A DNA stretch of 64,000 nt from contig NC_043000.1 in NCBI RefSeq assembly GCF_006345805.1, positions 78,182,001 through 78,246,000 of the forward strand, in the 5' to 3' direction. This DNA is from Octopus sinensis (taxonomy: Eukaryota). This document shows, piece by piece, positions 49,282 to 61,839 of this stretch. The notes beneath the pieces were generated by a model that ran no database searches, was not told where the DNA came from, and saw nothing but the letters and a program-made list of their open reading frames with translations. The translations under genes were made by a program, and so were the position numbers. How positions within the stretch are numbered: the stretch's first letter is position 1; every line of letters begins with the position of its first letter.

Positions 49282-52200
49282 TTTTTTCTTCTTTCAAATT
49301 TGCTTCCATTTCTTGCCGAGTGTCTTCCCGACTCCTAGGGCAAAGAAACTCATAGTATACATCGGTAGGCCATTACACTAAACTCAATAGTTCGTTCATT
49401 TTTTTAATTTTTTAAAGTTAAATTAAAATACATGAGCAGCAACAATTCTCACATCGACAATGCTCTTCTCAATACATGTGATGTACCAGTTAAGACGATC
49501 TTTTGCACTTCTTGCAGGGATGGTAAGCCAGGGATCATTCTCATATAATTTTCGGTTCCCTTCTTGATCATTCCTAGTGCTCCTACGATCACTGGTATTG
49601 TAACCGCCTTTGAGATGCCACATTTTCTCAATTTCAATGAGTAGGTCTTTATATTTTCTGAGCTTGTCAAACTCTTTCGCTGAGATATTATGATCACAGG
49701 GGATGCTCATGTCGATCAATAAGCAAACTTTATTGTTTTGGTCTTTCACAACAATATCTGGTTTATTGGCCTTGATGGTTCGGTCTGTATGTACTGGAAA
49801 GTCCCACAGAATGGTTACATTTTCTCCTTCAGTTACAGCCTCAGGGTGGTGATTATACCACTTGTCGGCAGTTTTGATATTGTAATGCCGACTTATTAGC
49901 CAGTGTAGATATTGGCCAACTCTGTCATGTCTTAATTTATACTCCACTGTGCTAAGACTTTACATCCAGAGATTAGATGGTCCACTGTTTCAATCATGTC
50001 GTTGCAGAATCGGCATTTTGGGTCTGCTCCATTTTTCATCACATTGGCCTGGTAGTTCCGGGTTAATAGGCTTTGATCTTGAGCAGCCAGGATGAAACCT
50101 TCGCTCTCTGCTTTTAGCCCTGAGCTCCGTAGCCACTGATGGGTTTGCTTCTGGTCAACATCAGCTTGTTTGCTGCGGGTCACATATTTGCCGTGCAGAG
50201 GTTTCTCCTCCCACCTATCAGCCAATTGCTCGTGCGCTTTTTTCGTTGCCATCATTTTCACCTTTTTTGCAACAATAGTTGCCGTACTTCCCTCGGGTTG
50301 TTCAGTTTGGGTATCCTGCACGAGATCAATAGCAAATTTTTTGCTTTCCTTTATGATAGAATGAAGCTTCTTTCGCCTCTCGTGATTTTCCACGAGCTTT
50401 AGCATCCAGTCATTCGATATTTCGAGATATTTGGCCAGTCCAATGGTGGTTGTTTTGTAAGCTAGTTCAAATTGGATCAGGCCTCGACCTCCTTGGGCTC
50501 TGGGAAGGTAAAGGCGATCTACGTCTGCCTTTGGGTGGTGCATCCTATTACAACTCAGCAGCTTGCGTATTTTCCTATCTATATTCTTTACTTCACTCAT
50601 ATTCCAGTTCAACACATTGTAGCTATAAGTAACAACTGGAACTGCTAAGGAATTTATAGCTAACACCTTGTTACGTGCATTTAGTTCAGATTTCAGGACT
50701 GCACGAACTCTCCTATAACATTCCTTCCTGATCTCTCTTTCATGCTTGCATGCTGAATACCAGAGCCTTCATTTATCCCTAAATATTGTATGTTTGTTCT
50801 TGCTCAAGCTCTCTTATGACTGTGTCAACATCTAACACGACTGAATTTGTGGTCTTCACTTTCCCTTTCTGGAAAGTGGCCTTGGCACACTTCTCAAGTC
50901 CAAACTCCATCCCGATGTCATCGCTGAATGCTTTCACGGTGCGCAATAGGCCTTCAAGTTCATTATTGTCTTTACCATAAAGTTTTAAGTCATCCATATA
51001 AAATAGATGGCTTATTTTTTTATTGGCAATTTTATACCCATACCCTGTTCTGTTTAATTCACTTGTAAGGGGTATTAGGGCTATGCAGAATATTAAAGGT
51101 GAAAGTGAGTCACCTTGAAAAATTCCACAGTTGATGTTTATATTTTCTGAGGCAAGTACTCCATTAGAGTGGTATAATTGGAGATTCGTATTCCACAACG
51201 ACATATTGTGCTTCAGGAAGTTTGAAATCACAGGGGAAATTTTGAAGATGTCCAGCGATCTCAAGATCCATGGATGCGGTATACTGTCGAAGGCCTTTTT
51301 ATAATCAATCCATGCGGTGCTGAGATTTCTGCGCTTGTTGTGACAGTTCTCAAGGATCATACGATTGATTAGCAGTTGATCTTTGCATCCGTAAGAGCCT
51401 CGGCGGCACCCTTTTTGTTCAATGGGGAAAATATCGTTCTCTCCATGAATGCATATGTTTTCTCCGCCAGGATAGATGTTAGGATTTTATACGTGGTGGA
51501 TAGACAGGTTATAGGCCGATAGTTTTTTGGAAGGTTGGTTTCGTTATTCTTTAGGAGTAGGTAAGTAATGCCACTTGCTAACCATTCTGGTGTTTTCTTT
51601 GGGTCTCTCATAATTCCATTGAGCAGCTGAACTAGCTTACCGTGTGCGCATGGGAGTGATGCGAGCCAGAAATTCGGCACCCTATCTTTACCGGGGGATT
51701 TCCAATTATGGGCCTTCGTGAGTGCCTTTCTTAGGTCTGCTATTGTGATGTCTTCCCATGCTTGTTGTTGTAAATTTTGGTAGGATCCTTCAGTTTGTAT
51801 AATCCAGTCTGCATTTATGTTGTACGTCTTCTTGTCACTCCAAATCCTTTTCCAAAAGTTTTGAACTTCTTCCATGGGAGGGGGGTCTTTAACGGTTACT
51901 TTCTCCTTCCCTATTTCTCTGTAGAATTTTTTGGCATTGGATGTGAACAGCTTATTTTGCTTGTAAAATGTTTCTCTTCTCAAATCTTCGTATTCTTTGG
52001 GCTTTTGCTTGGACTTTTTGTTTCAGCGTTTCTTTTATTGATATCAGTTCTTCTCTTGGTGAGGATCCAAATTTCTCTTCATCTTTCTTCCTGTTCTGGA
52101 TCTTACATCATTTCCACATATTAGTTCATTTAATATTGATATTTCCCCTCTCATAAATTCGATCTCTTTTTCAATTTTACTTCTCCAGTTTGATTTCTTC

Positions 52201-53225
52201 CCAGGTTTTGTCTTCTTTGTTTTTTCGGGGGCATACAGCTGGTTTCAATTGCCCTAGCAGAAGCGTAAATAATTTCATTTAACTCAGTAAAATCAGGTTT
52301 TAATTCTCGTATTATTTCATTTGTTACATAGTTGCCAATTTGGATTTGTTTTTTATTTTGGTTTGTATTTGAGAGTTTATGAAGTGGTTCTCTATCATTC
52401 ATACTTGTATGTCTTACAACTTCAAGCGTATTCAGGATTTTCTGCCTCATTTCTGCCATAGACTCTCTGTGTTCTTCAGCAAATGCGAGATCTTCAGTTA
52501 CTGTTGTTTTTTCGTTTTCCTGGCTGTCTTTAACAGGTACAATAGAATTTCTTGTATCTTCAGGCCTTTGCGTACTTTGGTCAGATGGCAGTCTTTCAAT
52601 TAAGCCTCGTGGCGGGCTATACTGTTCATCTGATTCTTCATTTCCTTTGTGTCTTATATTTGTCATTTTCCGTAGCGTGCTTGATCGCGTTATTTCACTG
52701 TCTGTGAGTCTGTTATTTCTAAGGATATCCCTCCTCACATTTGCTAATTTGTTCTCGTCCAAATAGGGCCTACTGTCTTGATTCCGTGTTCTCCATATAC
52801 TGTAAGAGTTTGCGGTGTGTCTCTCTTGAGATGGCCTACCTAATGCATAGTAATAAGCGTATATTACTTCTTTATACTCTTCTCGGGTCCGTTTGTTCCG
52901 CTTACATTTTTCTTTCTGTGGTGGTTGTGGTGGTGAACTTGGAGGGCTCGAGTTGGGGGATTTCCCGTTCAAGTGACCATCCATGTCCGTATTCGGAGAA
53001 GAGTTTGTGCCAGTTGATGACTTTTCGATCCCAAGCTGACTCTTCCCTGGGGGACGCGCTTCCAGATTAACCATAGGACAAGCGATTTGGTATACTGATT
53101 TAGTTTTCCTTTTAGTTTCCAAAAACATTTTGGTGCTACGATAATGTTATCATTTTTTAGCTTTGATTGGCTCGTGGGGAGACGGCCATCATTGCCGTTA
53201 CAATTATAATCGTACCATTATAGCA
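49282..53225 (-). mobile_element. Near full-length R4/Dong-type RLE retrotransposon (family D1), frameshifted
   Basis: ORF pieces: 52151..53128 (Myb-like R..T.EEY..V..YY), 51369..51983 (NYRPITCL), 50779..51360 (QGDSLSP, YMDD), 49932..50666 (CRFC..ETVDHLISGC), 49423..49947 (KPDIV..LIDMSIP). The 3' end is at (TAA)n. Confidence 0.9.
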
Positions 53226-53710
53226 GCCGTAGTCGGCTTATTATTGTTATCATCACCATTACTATCACTATCATCATTATCACCACCATTACCATCATCG
53301 TTATCATCATCACCATCACCATCACCACCATCATCATCAATGATATTGTTTTATGTGTAGTCACAGCAGTATCTTATTATTGTTATTTTTGTTTTTTTAT
53401 CATTATCACCATCACAGTAGTGTCTGTATGTCTCGTTGGCTGGCTTGGTGGTTGGCTGGCTGACTGTCTTCAACGCCACAGTTCTTGCCTGTCAAATAAT
53501 ACTTTCATATTTGGTTAACAATAGAACGGAGGTGAGGTTTGTGTTGGTTGAACTCTTTGAGTGTGTGTGTGTGTGTGTGTGTAGATAGATTATCAGCACT
53601 ATTACTATCATTATTATCATCATCACCATCAGTGATATTTAAAAAATTTTTTTTTAGGTGGGGTCCTGTCGGTCAAAAAAAAAAATTATTATTATTATTA
53701 TTATTATTAC

Positions 53711-53778
<68 letters not shown>

Positions 53779-54456
53779 TATGTTTGACTTTTGCTTTATA
53801 TTTGTACAAGTTGGCTCCAAGTCTCACCCAGAGACCTCAAGAGACAACAGGTTGGAAGTTCATGTTGTTGTTATGCCTAGTGTGCCATATATTTGGGGGT
53901 TTTTTTGTGTTGTACTAGTGAATGTCAAAAAAAAAAAACGAAAATTATGTTTGTTTTAAACCCTGAGATTACATAGGAAGTATTTTGCATAGGATACGAG
54001 CAGTTCCCATGAGCACTATCTTTTGAATTTCTGCCATTTTGGGTTTCCTGGTATCTGAGTTAGGTAGCAATCAGCTCCTTTCACTATCATTCCCAGGGCA
54101 CCTATAACAACAGGTATTGTTTTAGTTTTCAGGTTCCACATTTTGCTGATTTCTATTTCAAGATCCTTATATTTGCTCAGTTTTTGGTAGGTCTTGACAG
54201 ATACGTTTATATCGATTGGGACAGTCATATCAGTGAGAAGGCATGTTCTTTGTTTGAAGTATTTCAATATGATGTCTGGCCTATTTGCATCTATCTTTCT
54301 GTCAGTTTGAATGGGGAAGTTCCAGAGGAGCGAGATGTGGTCATTTTCAAGCACTGGAGGTGGATTGTGTTCCCACCAGTTTTTTTCATGGGGCAAATCA
54401 AAGTTTTTGCAAATTACCCAGTGAATATATTGTGCAGCTCTATCATGCCTGTTGAG
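53779..54456 (-). mobile_element. Second family D2 copy, 5'-truncated, flanked by (TAA)n
   Basis: High identity to 47209-47935 including the 3' UTR. This copy has RPDIILK. Confidence 0.9.
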
Positions 54457-54479
54457 ATATTATTATTATTATTATGCAG

Positions 54480-55080
54480 TATGCGTGCACTTCCAAGTAA
54501 ATACACCAAGATTGTAGGGTATTTCTAAAGTGTCCAAATATTTCTTCAGGTTGGGTGTTATTGAACCGATTGACAACGGAAATAACGTTTATGTTGGACT
54601 CTCGCAGCTGTTACATGTTGGTGATCTCAATTTTCAGATCTCGATATTTGTCAGCCTTTGCTCTTTCTTTCACGTTATGTCGATCTCCTGGCACTGCCAT
54701 GTCGACTATTAGGCACTCTTGCTTGTCCATTCTAAAGGATGTGGAGGCACATGGCCTAGTGGTTAGAGCAGCGGACTCGCGGTCGAGGGATCGCGGATTC
54801 GAATCTCAGACCGGGCGATGTGTGTGATTATGAGCGAAACACCTGCGCTCCACGCGGCTCCGGCAGAAAGTAATGGCGAACCTCTGCTGACTCTTTCGCC
54901 ATAACTTTCTCTGACTCTTTCCTCCTGCATCCTGCAGCTCACCTGCGACGGACCGGCGTCCCATCCAGGTGGGGAACCTATACGCCAAGGAAACCGGGAA
55001 ACCGGCCCTTATGAGCCAGGCATGGCTCGAGAAGGAACAAACATTCTAAAGGCTACTTATATCGAGCTTTCGATGCTCTA
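54480..55080 (-). mobile_element. Decayed R4/Dong-type endonuclease fragment between (TAA)n runs, interrupted by SINE C
   Basis: After removing the SINE: DKQECLIVDMAVPGD....KADKYRDLKIEITNM. Confidence 0.68.
54739..55041 (+). mobile_element. SINE family C (tail variant 2), full length, 11-bp TSD
   Basis: TSD CATTCTAAAGG at 54728-38 and 55042-52. A-box TGGCCTAGTGG, B-box GATTCGAATC. Ends catggctcgagaaggaacaaa. Confidence 0.88.
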
Positions 55081-55093
55081 TTATTATTATTAT

Positions 55094-55405
55094 TAAGTGA
55101 GAGAGCAGTGCATGCCATCAAAGTGACACTGGAGTACAAATATACGAAACCCGATATACCCATCATGACTACTTCTGCTCGTGATTAGAGATGCACATAT
55201 CATCAGCCACTAAGGACATGGTCAACTGATTATGGTCAAACAACTGACAAGCAAATCTGTGGTATTGAGCAGAATATTTGCTGTAGCCCATCTTTTATAC
55301 CAAGACAAAACAATGTACATGATAACACTTCCAATCAGTTAAGATCAGAAGCCACGAGAGCCACTGCCTGGTACTGCATTAGGGCATGGGTACTGCATCA
55401 GGGCA
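55094..55405 (-). mobile_element. Element X copy (longer 5' part, internal deletion), flanked by (TTA)n
   Basis: Shares the terminus and the ctgacaagcaaatctgt.gtattgagca segment with 15163-15620. Confidence 0.72.
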
Positions 55406-55421
55406 TTTATTATTATTATTA

Positions 55422-55470
<49 letters not shown>

Positions 55471-55472
<2 letters not shown>

Positions 55473-55640
55473 GGCGACGAGTTGGCAGAATTGTTAGAGT
55501 GTCGGAATATATGCTATGAGTTCAGATGACGTCAAGGGTAACCGTGCTTTTTATTCCTCAGTGGTCGATAAAATAGAGTTAGTCAAGTACTGGAGTCGAT
55601 GGTATCGAATTAATCTCACCATCAAATATACTGGACTTGT
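55471..55640 (+). mobile_element. Degenerate SINE family B after (ATT)n
   Basis: ggcgacgagttggcagaattgttag...gtcgataaaatagagttagtcaagtactggagtcgatg. Confidence 0.65.
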
Positions 55641-56064
55641 GTTTTTGTGCGGTATTTGGGTTGTTAAATAGTTTCGCTGTTTTGCTGTGTGTTACGTTCA
55701 AATTTGTCCGGCGTGCTAACAATTCTACCAGATCGCCGCCTTAGTAATGGTATTAGTTTTCATACAATTTTACTTACCAAGAATACTTGCATTTACAACT
55801 ATTCGACAATTGAATAAATAGAACAGCATTCACGCTATATCGAATGGAATAAATATAAGTTTTTACTACATAATATTCTAAATAGCAAACTGAGGACAGT
55901 TCATAATTATGAGAAAAAGCTTAACTTTTCTTCAGCATATAAAACGCACTTTAAAATGCATCAGAAAATTGCTCTGCGTGTGGCCGCATTACAGATGAGA
56001 GACCGAGTATTGTGGTCTAGGGAGTCGGATAAGCACGAGTGCTAGACACAATAAATGTTGCTAA

Positions 56065-56240
56065 TAATATTGGATTCAAATTTTAACACAAGTTCGGCAA
56101 TTTCGGGGTAGGATATTAGTCATTTACATCGATCCCAGTGATCAAATGGAACTTATTTTATCAACCTTGAAAGGACGAAAGGCAAAGTCGACCTCGGTGG
56201 AATTTGAACCCAGAACGTAAAGATGGACGAAATACTGCTA
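56065..56240 (-). mobile_element. SINE family B
   Basis: Family B core and tail (ccttgtgttaaaatttgaatcc). Confidence 0.7.
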
Positions 56241-56861
56241 TGATCCTGGAGCTTGCCTAAGAGTCTCCCAAAATAGCAACCAAAGACGAATATCCATGCC
56301 AAAAAAAGGTATGCTTTGTGTTTGGTGGGATCATAGAAGCAGTCTTTATTATGAACTTCTCCCACAAAACCAGACTATTATTTCTGATGTGTAGTGTCGT
56401 CAGTTGACTAATCTGAACCAAAAAAAAAAAAAAAAATCAAAGAATTGAGGACGGAGATTGCCAACAGGAAAGGGGTCGTGTTCCAACAAGACAATGCCCG
56501 ACCACATGTGTCTTTGGCTACCCGAACAGAGTTACATGAACTAGGCTGGAATCTCTTACCTCATCCACCATATTTTCCTGATATTCCATTCGACTACCAA
56601 TTGTTTTTGCCTCTACAGAACTCATTGCAAGGAAGAACATTTAACGATTTAGATGGAGCCAAAATGCATCTAGATAACTTTTTTCTTCAAAACCAGTCAA
56701 ATTTTATGCTGATGGAATATTTAAATTACCTGGATAGATGGACAAAGGTCACTAATAATAATGGAAATTATTGCATTGAATAAAATTTATTGAAAAGTCA
56801 AATATTTATATCCCTTTTCGCATATTAAAAAAACGCTCAGAACTTTCCAGACAACCTAATA
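56240..56861 (+). mobile_element. Mariner transposase 3' fragment with right TIR
   Basis: VVFQQDNARPHVS, LGWNLLPHPPYFPDI..DYQLF..LQNSL. Ends gaactttccagacaacctaa followed by TA. Confidence 0.85.
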
Positions 56862-57900
56862 CAAAAGAATTGCTTACCGTGCATCGGTAGTTATATGGAG
56901 AAATCACGTCATCTCATTACACCTCCTTCCCTAGCATACATAACCTACAGTTGATATGTGTCTTACATTATTTAATGATTGTCTTGCATTTAAGAAACAT
57001 TTTATAATTATCTAAATCAAAATTCCCTTAGAAAGATGAAAGAGATGTTAAACGTTCGTCTGCTTACCAGTTATTTGCAATGAGTGAATGACAACGAAAC
57101 CATGGCGATGGTCATTACACCGGTGGCTGATTGCAGTAAGACAAAGCATCATAGCCAAAAATACGCGTTTTACATCCTACAGTTCACTTGGCCGAAATAT
57201 AAACTACTTTATAGGAATTTCTAAGATGAACAACTATACAACTGTTCAAAAGATAAAATGAAATACGATATTTATATAACGCAGTTTATCAATTCATGGT
57301 TTCATATTTTATCCCATTGTACAGCATTGTATTTACATGTATAGAATCATACATTTCCCCTTATAAAACAACCTTACAATATATTTCGATAAGGCATACT
57401 AAATTTGTTTTTTCTTCACATAATATACTTGTAAAATAAGGATATATTTTATGCGAGAGTGCTGTAAGAGAATGCTTTATCACAAAGCGGACTGATATAT
57501 CTCCGAACTGAACCCCAAGCTGTTCTGAGCAGAAGAAATTTAAAAAGTGAGAACACTTATCATGGATCTGAGCGGCATAGTTGCGTATAACACCAGAAGT
57601 TGTTCTGTCCAACGTTTTCAAAATCCAGTTTTTATAATGCCCTACGGAGTTTCCAGAAAGTTCGATCAAACTGTTTGGCAGGAAGGAAGATTCCAGCTCA
57701 CTAGTTTACATGCCAATCAATCTGATTTACTAAGACATTTAAGCAGGCGTCGATTCTTTTATGGTGACACAATTTTTCGTAACTGGCCTTGACTTTTATG
57801 GTAATATGGGAGGTTGTGGTCCTGAACTGGGGAATCTGTCTAAATAAGAAATAATAATAATAATAATTGTTGTTAATACTATCTTTTTATTTCATTCTAG

Positions 57901-58082
57901 GTTTATTACGAGACCTGACTGGACACTATAGAGGTTCATTTTATTTGGCTGGAGTATTTTTGTGCACTTCAGCCTTGTGTGTATTGCCATTGGCGATATT
58001 ATCGCGACAGAGACAACGAGAGCTAAAAGATGTCCCTCCATGTAGCTGTATCATATTAACAGGATATCACGTAATACACTGA
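57901..58082 (+). CDS. SLC16/MCT-family transporter, final coding exon 4 (TM12, C-tail)
   Basis: Acceptor tttttatttcattctAG at 57900. Encodes GLLRDLTGHYRGSFYLAG, the typical MCT G.L.D.TG.Y...FY.AG motif. Stop TGA at 58080-82. Candidate AATAAA at 58243. Total CDS is 1848 nt, or 615 aa. Confidence 0.9.
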
Positions 58083-58664
58083 CGCATGTAGAACTATAAA
58101 CATAAGGCAATTATAAATATGAACATTTGCATTTAGTTAAACATTAATTTCTTACATTCGCACAATTACACACATTTCACAACGTCGATATTGAAAGATG
58201 AAAGACGTATACAATCCAAGCGGGATTTGGATCCGTAACACTAATAAAATATTTTATCTTATCAAATTTCTCATTGATTTCTGCTTTTCTTTTCTTTCTT
58301 GTTTTTAATTGAGTTTATGAGACTAATTGGATAAAGTTAAGACTTTAAAGATATATTTTCTTTATGGAATGTTGGTTTCTGTACTTACACAAAGGGTTTC
58401 CTTTTTTTAATAATGCTGTCATCTCAAAGTCTAATATCAACTATAACACAACACGGGTTCAGCTCGAATAACCCTGCAGTTAATTTTATCTGTTTGAAGC
58501 CAACCAGAAATGTTTCAGAGCAACTACTTTCAGTCTTGTCTTCTAATTCTTTCTCAGACTCAAAGTGTAACTCGGGCTGACAAAGTTCTATCTGAGCTAT
58601 TTAATTATTAAACATCTTAAAAATCCTTCCTTCCTTCCTTTGAGTGTGCGATCATTGGGACATT

Positions 58665-58790
58665 CATTGATGATGTCGCAACCAGACTTCGTCACTTTCC
58701 TCCATCTTCTGCTGCCCTCTGTGAGCGAGCGAAATTGAGGCCTGTCCACTCGTTGATGTTAACCCGGGCGATGACCAATCCGGTATTGGT
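58665..58790 (-). mobile_element. RTE-like LINE C-terminal fragment
   Basis: VNINEWTGLNFARSQRAAED resembles the RTE C-terminal motif W.DNIKEWTGL....RAA.DR. Confidence 0.4.
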
Positions 58791-59639
58791 TCTGGTCTGG
58801 TTGTCATCATAATGAATATATCATGGGCAAATTGGCTGATATCCATAACCGCATGCCTCTATCTGAGACACACCTTGACCCTAAACACTAGGCCATTGAC
58901 ATGAACAGGTTCCTTCGGCTTCGCTGACGGCTCTTTTGGAAGCCTTACCCGGAGTCTTTCGTCTACTGATGCAGTGTTAACACCATCCCCTCATCTAGTT
59001 TGTGCCAGCAGTTGATGCCTGTCTACCATACCATTACTGGCAAGGTGCAGCTACTAGACACTAAAGGTTCTACCTCTATTCCGAGTCCCCTATTTTTGAA
59101 GAAATATTGATTTGTTTTCATTTCATATTTTGGAATGTTGACAAAATTGTTATCAATAACAATCTTATCTAAACATAAGTTGGTTAGTCAGGGTGAGCTG
59201 AACCAATACAACTTGGTGAAACTAACGAACATGTTTTCGTTTATCCTTCAACTAACGTGGCTTGAGCTGGAAAAGTTTTCACCAGCATTATCGAGAATGA
59301 TCATTCAAACCTCAAATAGCTTTAATTTACTATTTTTTGAAGGGATATAGCTTTCTAAAAATCTTATAACTTAAAATATGGAAACAAATAAATGTTGCTA
59401 TCATTATAATGTTATAGGATCAAAATTTTTCATGCTAGCTCGGATTCATAGAATTCAACCCGGAGGAACAAATAAGCAGTAAGTAGCCTTAAATTTCAAG
59501 TGTCAACCCTTTTGACTCACTGCGTTTTCATTGTCATATTCAATTAATCAGTGACAATTTGTTTTGTATTATGGGCCTCCCCTAAGCGTTAAAGAAGGGA
59601 AAGAAGTGTCTTCAGACCTTGAAAAGAAAAAAAAAAGAA

Positions 59640-60090
59640 CCTTCGTTGGAATCCTGGTTATGTTAGGTATACACCTTCGCTAGAAGTCCTCAGTGAAAGT
59701 GAGAACCAGCATTTGGATCGATTGCATGGACTCTAGTTGTGTGTTCATGTTTAAGTGATGTGTGGGTCAATGATGGTTTTTTAATATGAGTAGTGATAAT
59801 GTTTACTTCTGTCGAAAGAGGCGATTGGTATAACTCAACGGAGGATTCTTTCAAGGTTTCTGATCATGGAGTCAGTGTGTGATGTCTAAGTTGTGAGTTG
59901 GTAAAGCACAGTTGAGAAATATTAGATTAGAATAAAGGGTAGAACCATCAAGGTAAGAGTGGGCGTTGTTGGATCGGACGGCGAGTAAGTAAGTTATTGA
60001 TGTAAAGAAGGAACAGAGTGGGGAACAAAGCCGAAACCTGGACCACATCGGAGTTAATAGAATGAGGGAATATAACAAATATTACTAAAG
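59640..60090 (-). mobile_element. Decayed jockey/CR1/L2-like RT fragment
   Basis: INSDVVQVSALFPTLFLLYINNL and HSYLDGSTLY, corresponding to GVPQGSVLSP.LF.LYINDL and YADD. Confidence 0.4.
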
Positions 60091-60688
60091 AGTTGGTACT
60101 TATAAAGGAAGAGGAAGGTCTGTAAGTCTTTGCTGGTAACGATCCTAATCATGAACTTAAGCTAAAAATTACAAAACCAATTCATAATGAGCTCCGATCC
60201 TAAACTGAGGTGTACAAAGATTATACTTCGTCTACAAGGCAGGAGGCAGTGTCTCTCTTTCTCCTATAATACAGTAGTCAATATCATTTATGGGAAGTAC
60301 ATACCTTATTACAATACTACTGTATATTCGTATTTATTCCTTTATGTAAATCTTTCAAATGTCTTTGTATACATACATAGACACGCGCGCGCGCACACGC
60401 ACGCACACACACATACACACACAATGTGTGTGTATATATATATATATTATTTTATGTGTTTAACAACTGATATTTTCATGTATAAAAGTGGTTGTATTAC
60501 TCTTTCACTTTTTTTCTGAAGAAATTCCCACCGAACGCATCTCAATTTACAACAACGAAGTCAATGAGATAAAAGATTTCGCGTTACGGAAGTCCACTTC
60601 ACAAGATACATACATATCCCAACCAGGGATGTATGTACGCACGTTCATATGTGTGTGTGTGCGTGTTGTGTGTGGTGTGTGTGTGTGT

Positions 60689-60724
<36 letters not shown>

Positions 60725-60870
60725 TGTGTATGTACGTATGTATGTATGTATGTATGTATGTATGTATGTATGTATGTATGTATGAAAACATGTGCAGCTA
60801 CTTAAGTCTATTAATTTACGCATTCAAGATCTCTGACGTCGCTTTGGTTTGCACAACTACACACCAGACG

Positions 60871-60915
<45 letters not shown>

Positions 60916-60999
60916 TTACATATAAATATACATATATATATGAGTAGATACAACAGGGGGTAACTGATGAAGAGAGTGTACGGTTAAACTAAAGCGTTA

Positions 61000-61500
61000 A
61001 ACCCGGTCAAAAAAACAAAAAAAAATCTGTGTAATAGGCGTAAAGCAACTTCCTCTAAACAAATATGAAACAAAAATGCGCGCACGCGAAAGGGGAGTGG
61101 GGGAGAGGCCTCGGAAAATTCACATCGGGAATTTCCGAAAGCGTCTGACCGGGCTCAAAAACAAAAACAAAATTAGTGTAATAGGTGTAAAACAACTTGC
61201 TCTAAACGAATATGATGAAAAAAATGCGCACTCGCGAAAGGGGGTGGGGGAGATGCCTCGGAAAATTTACATCGGGAATTTCCGAAAGCGTCTGACCCGG
61301 GCTCAAAAACAAAAACAAAAATATGTGTAATAGGTGTAAAACAACTTGCTCTAAACGAATCTGATGAAAAAAATGCGCGCTCGCGAAAGAGGGGTGGGAG
61401 AGAGGCCTCGGAAATTTCACATCTTCAGTCCACGGCCTTTAAACTAAGAAAAAATAGTGTAATTAGTGTAAAACTAGATCTAAACGATTATCAAGAACAC
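61000..61500. repeat. ~149-bp tandem repeat, about 3.5 units
   Basis: The unit anchor ATGCGC occurs at 61076, 61224 and 61373. A partial unit lies upstream. Confidence 0.88.
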
Positions 61501-61839
61501 ACACTCACACATGAATCATAAACTCCGTATTTTTGTACGTATTTCGCAAAAAAAAAAAAGGGAAGAAATTCTGGAAAAAGTGAAGAAATGTTGGATCTCC
61601 GCCATGTGAATCAAAATGCGTGTCAGAATCTAACTATATATAAATCAATTGACAATGCATATATGGATTCGTCTTTCTCTTTGCTTAGTCGTTTTTACCG
61701 AATTTTATTTGGCCTGATAAAGTTTATAAGTATTTTCTCCATTTCAGATAAGCATCCGATGGGTATTTTACAGATTTACTAGCGTAGCAAGATTGTACTC
61801 AGTTGTCTATTCAGTCGGCTACAATAGGTTATACTATAC

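Noticed and set aside
53165-53225. Possible HDV-like ribozyme at the 5' end of the near-full-length RLE element
   Set aside because: I could not assemble P1/P2/P3/P1.1 by eye. A covariance-model search would be needed.
54745-54825. tRNA genes at tRNA-like heads (also 3061, 10710-10765, 36140-36216)
   Set aside because: They have A/B boxes but no complete cloverleaf, and they run into SINE bodies with tails and TSDs.
61000-61500. CRISPR-like array
   Set aside because: The whole 149-bp units are repeated without unique spacers, the context is eukaryotic, and there are no cas genes.
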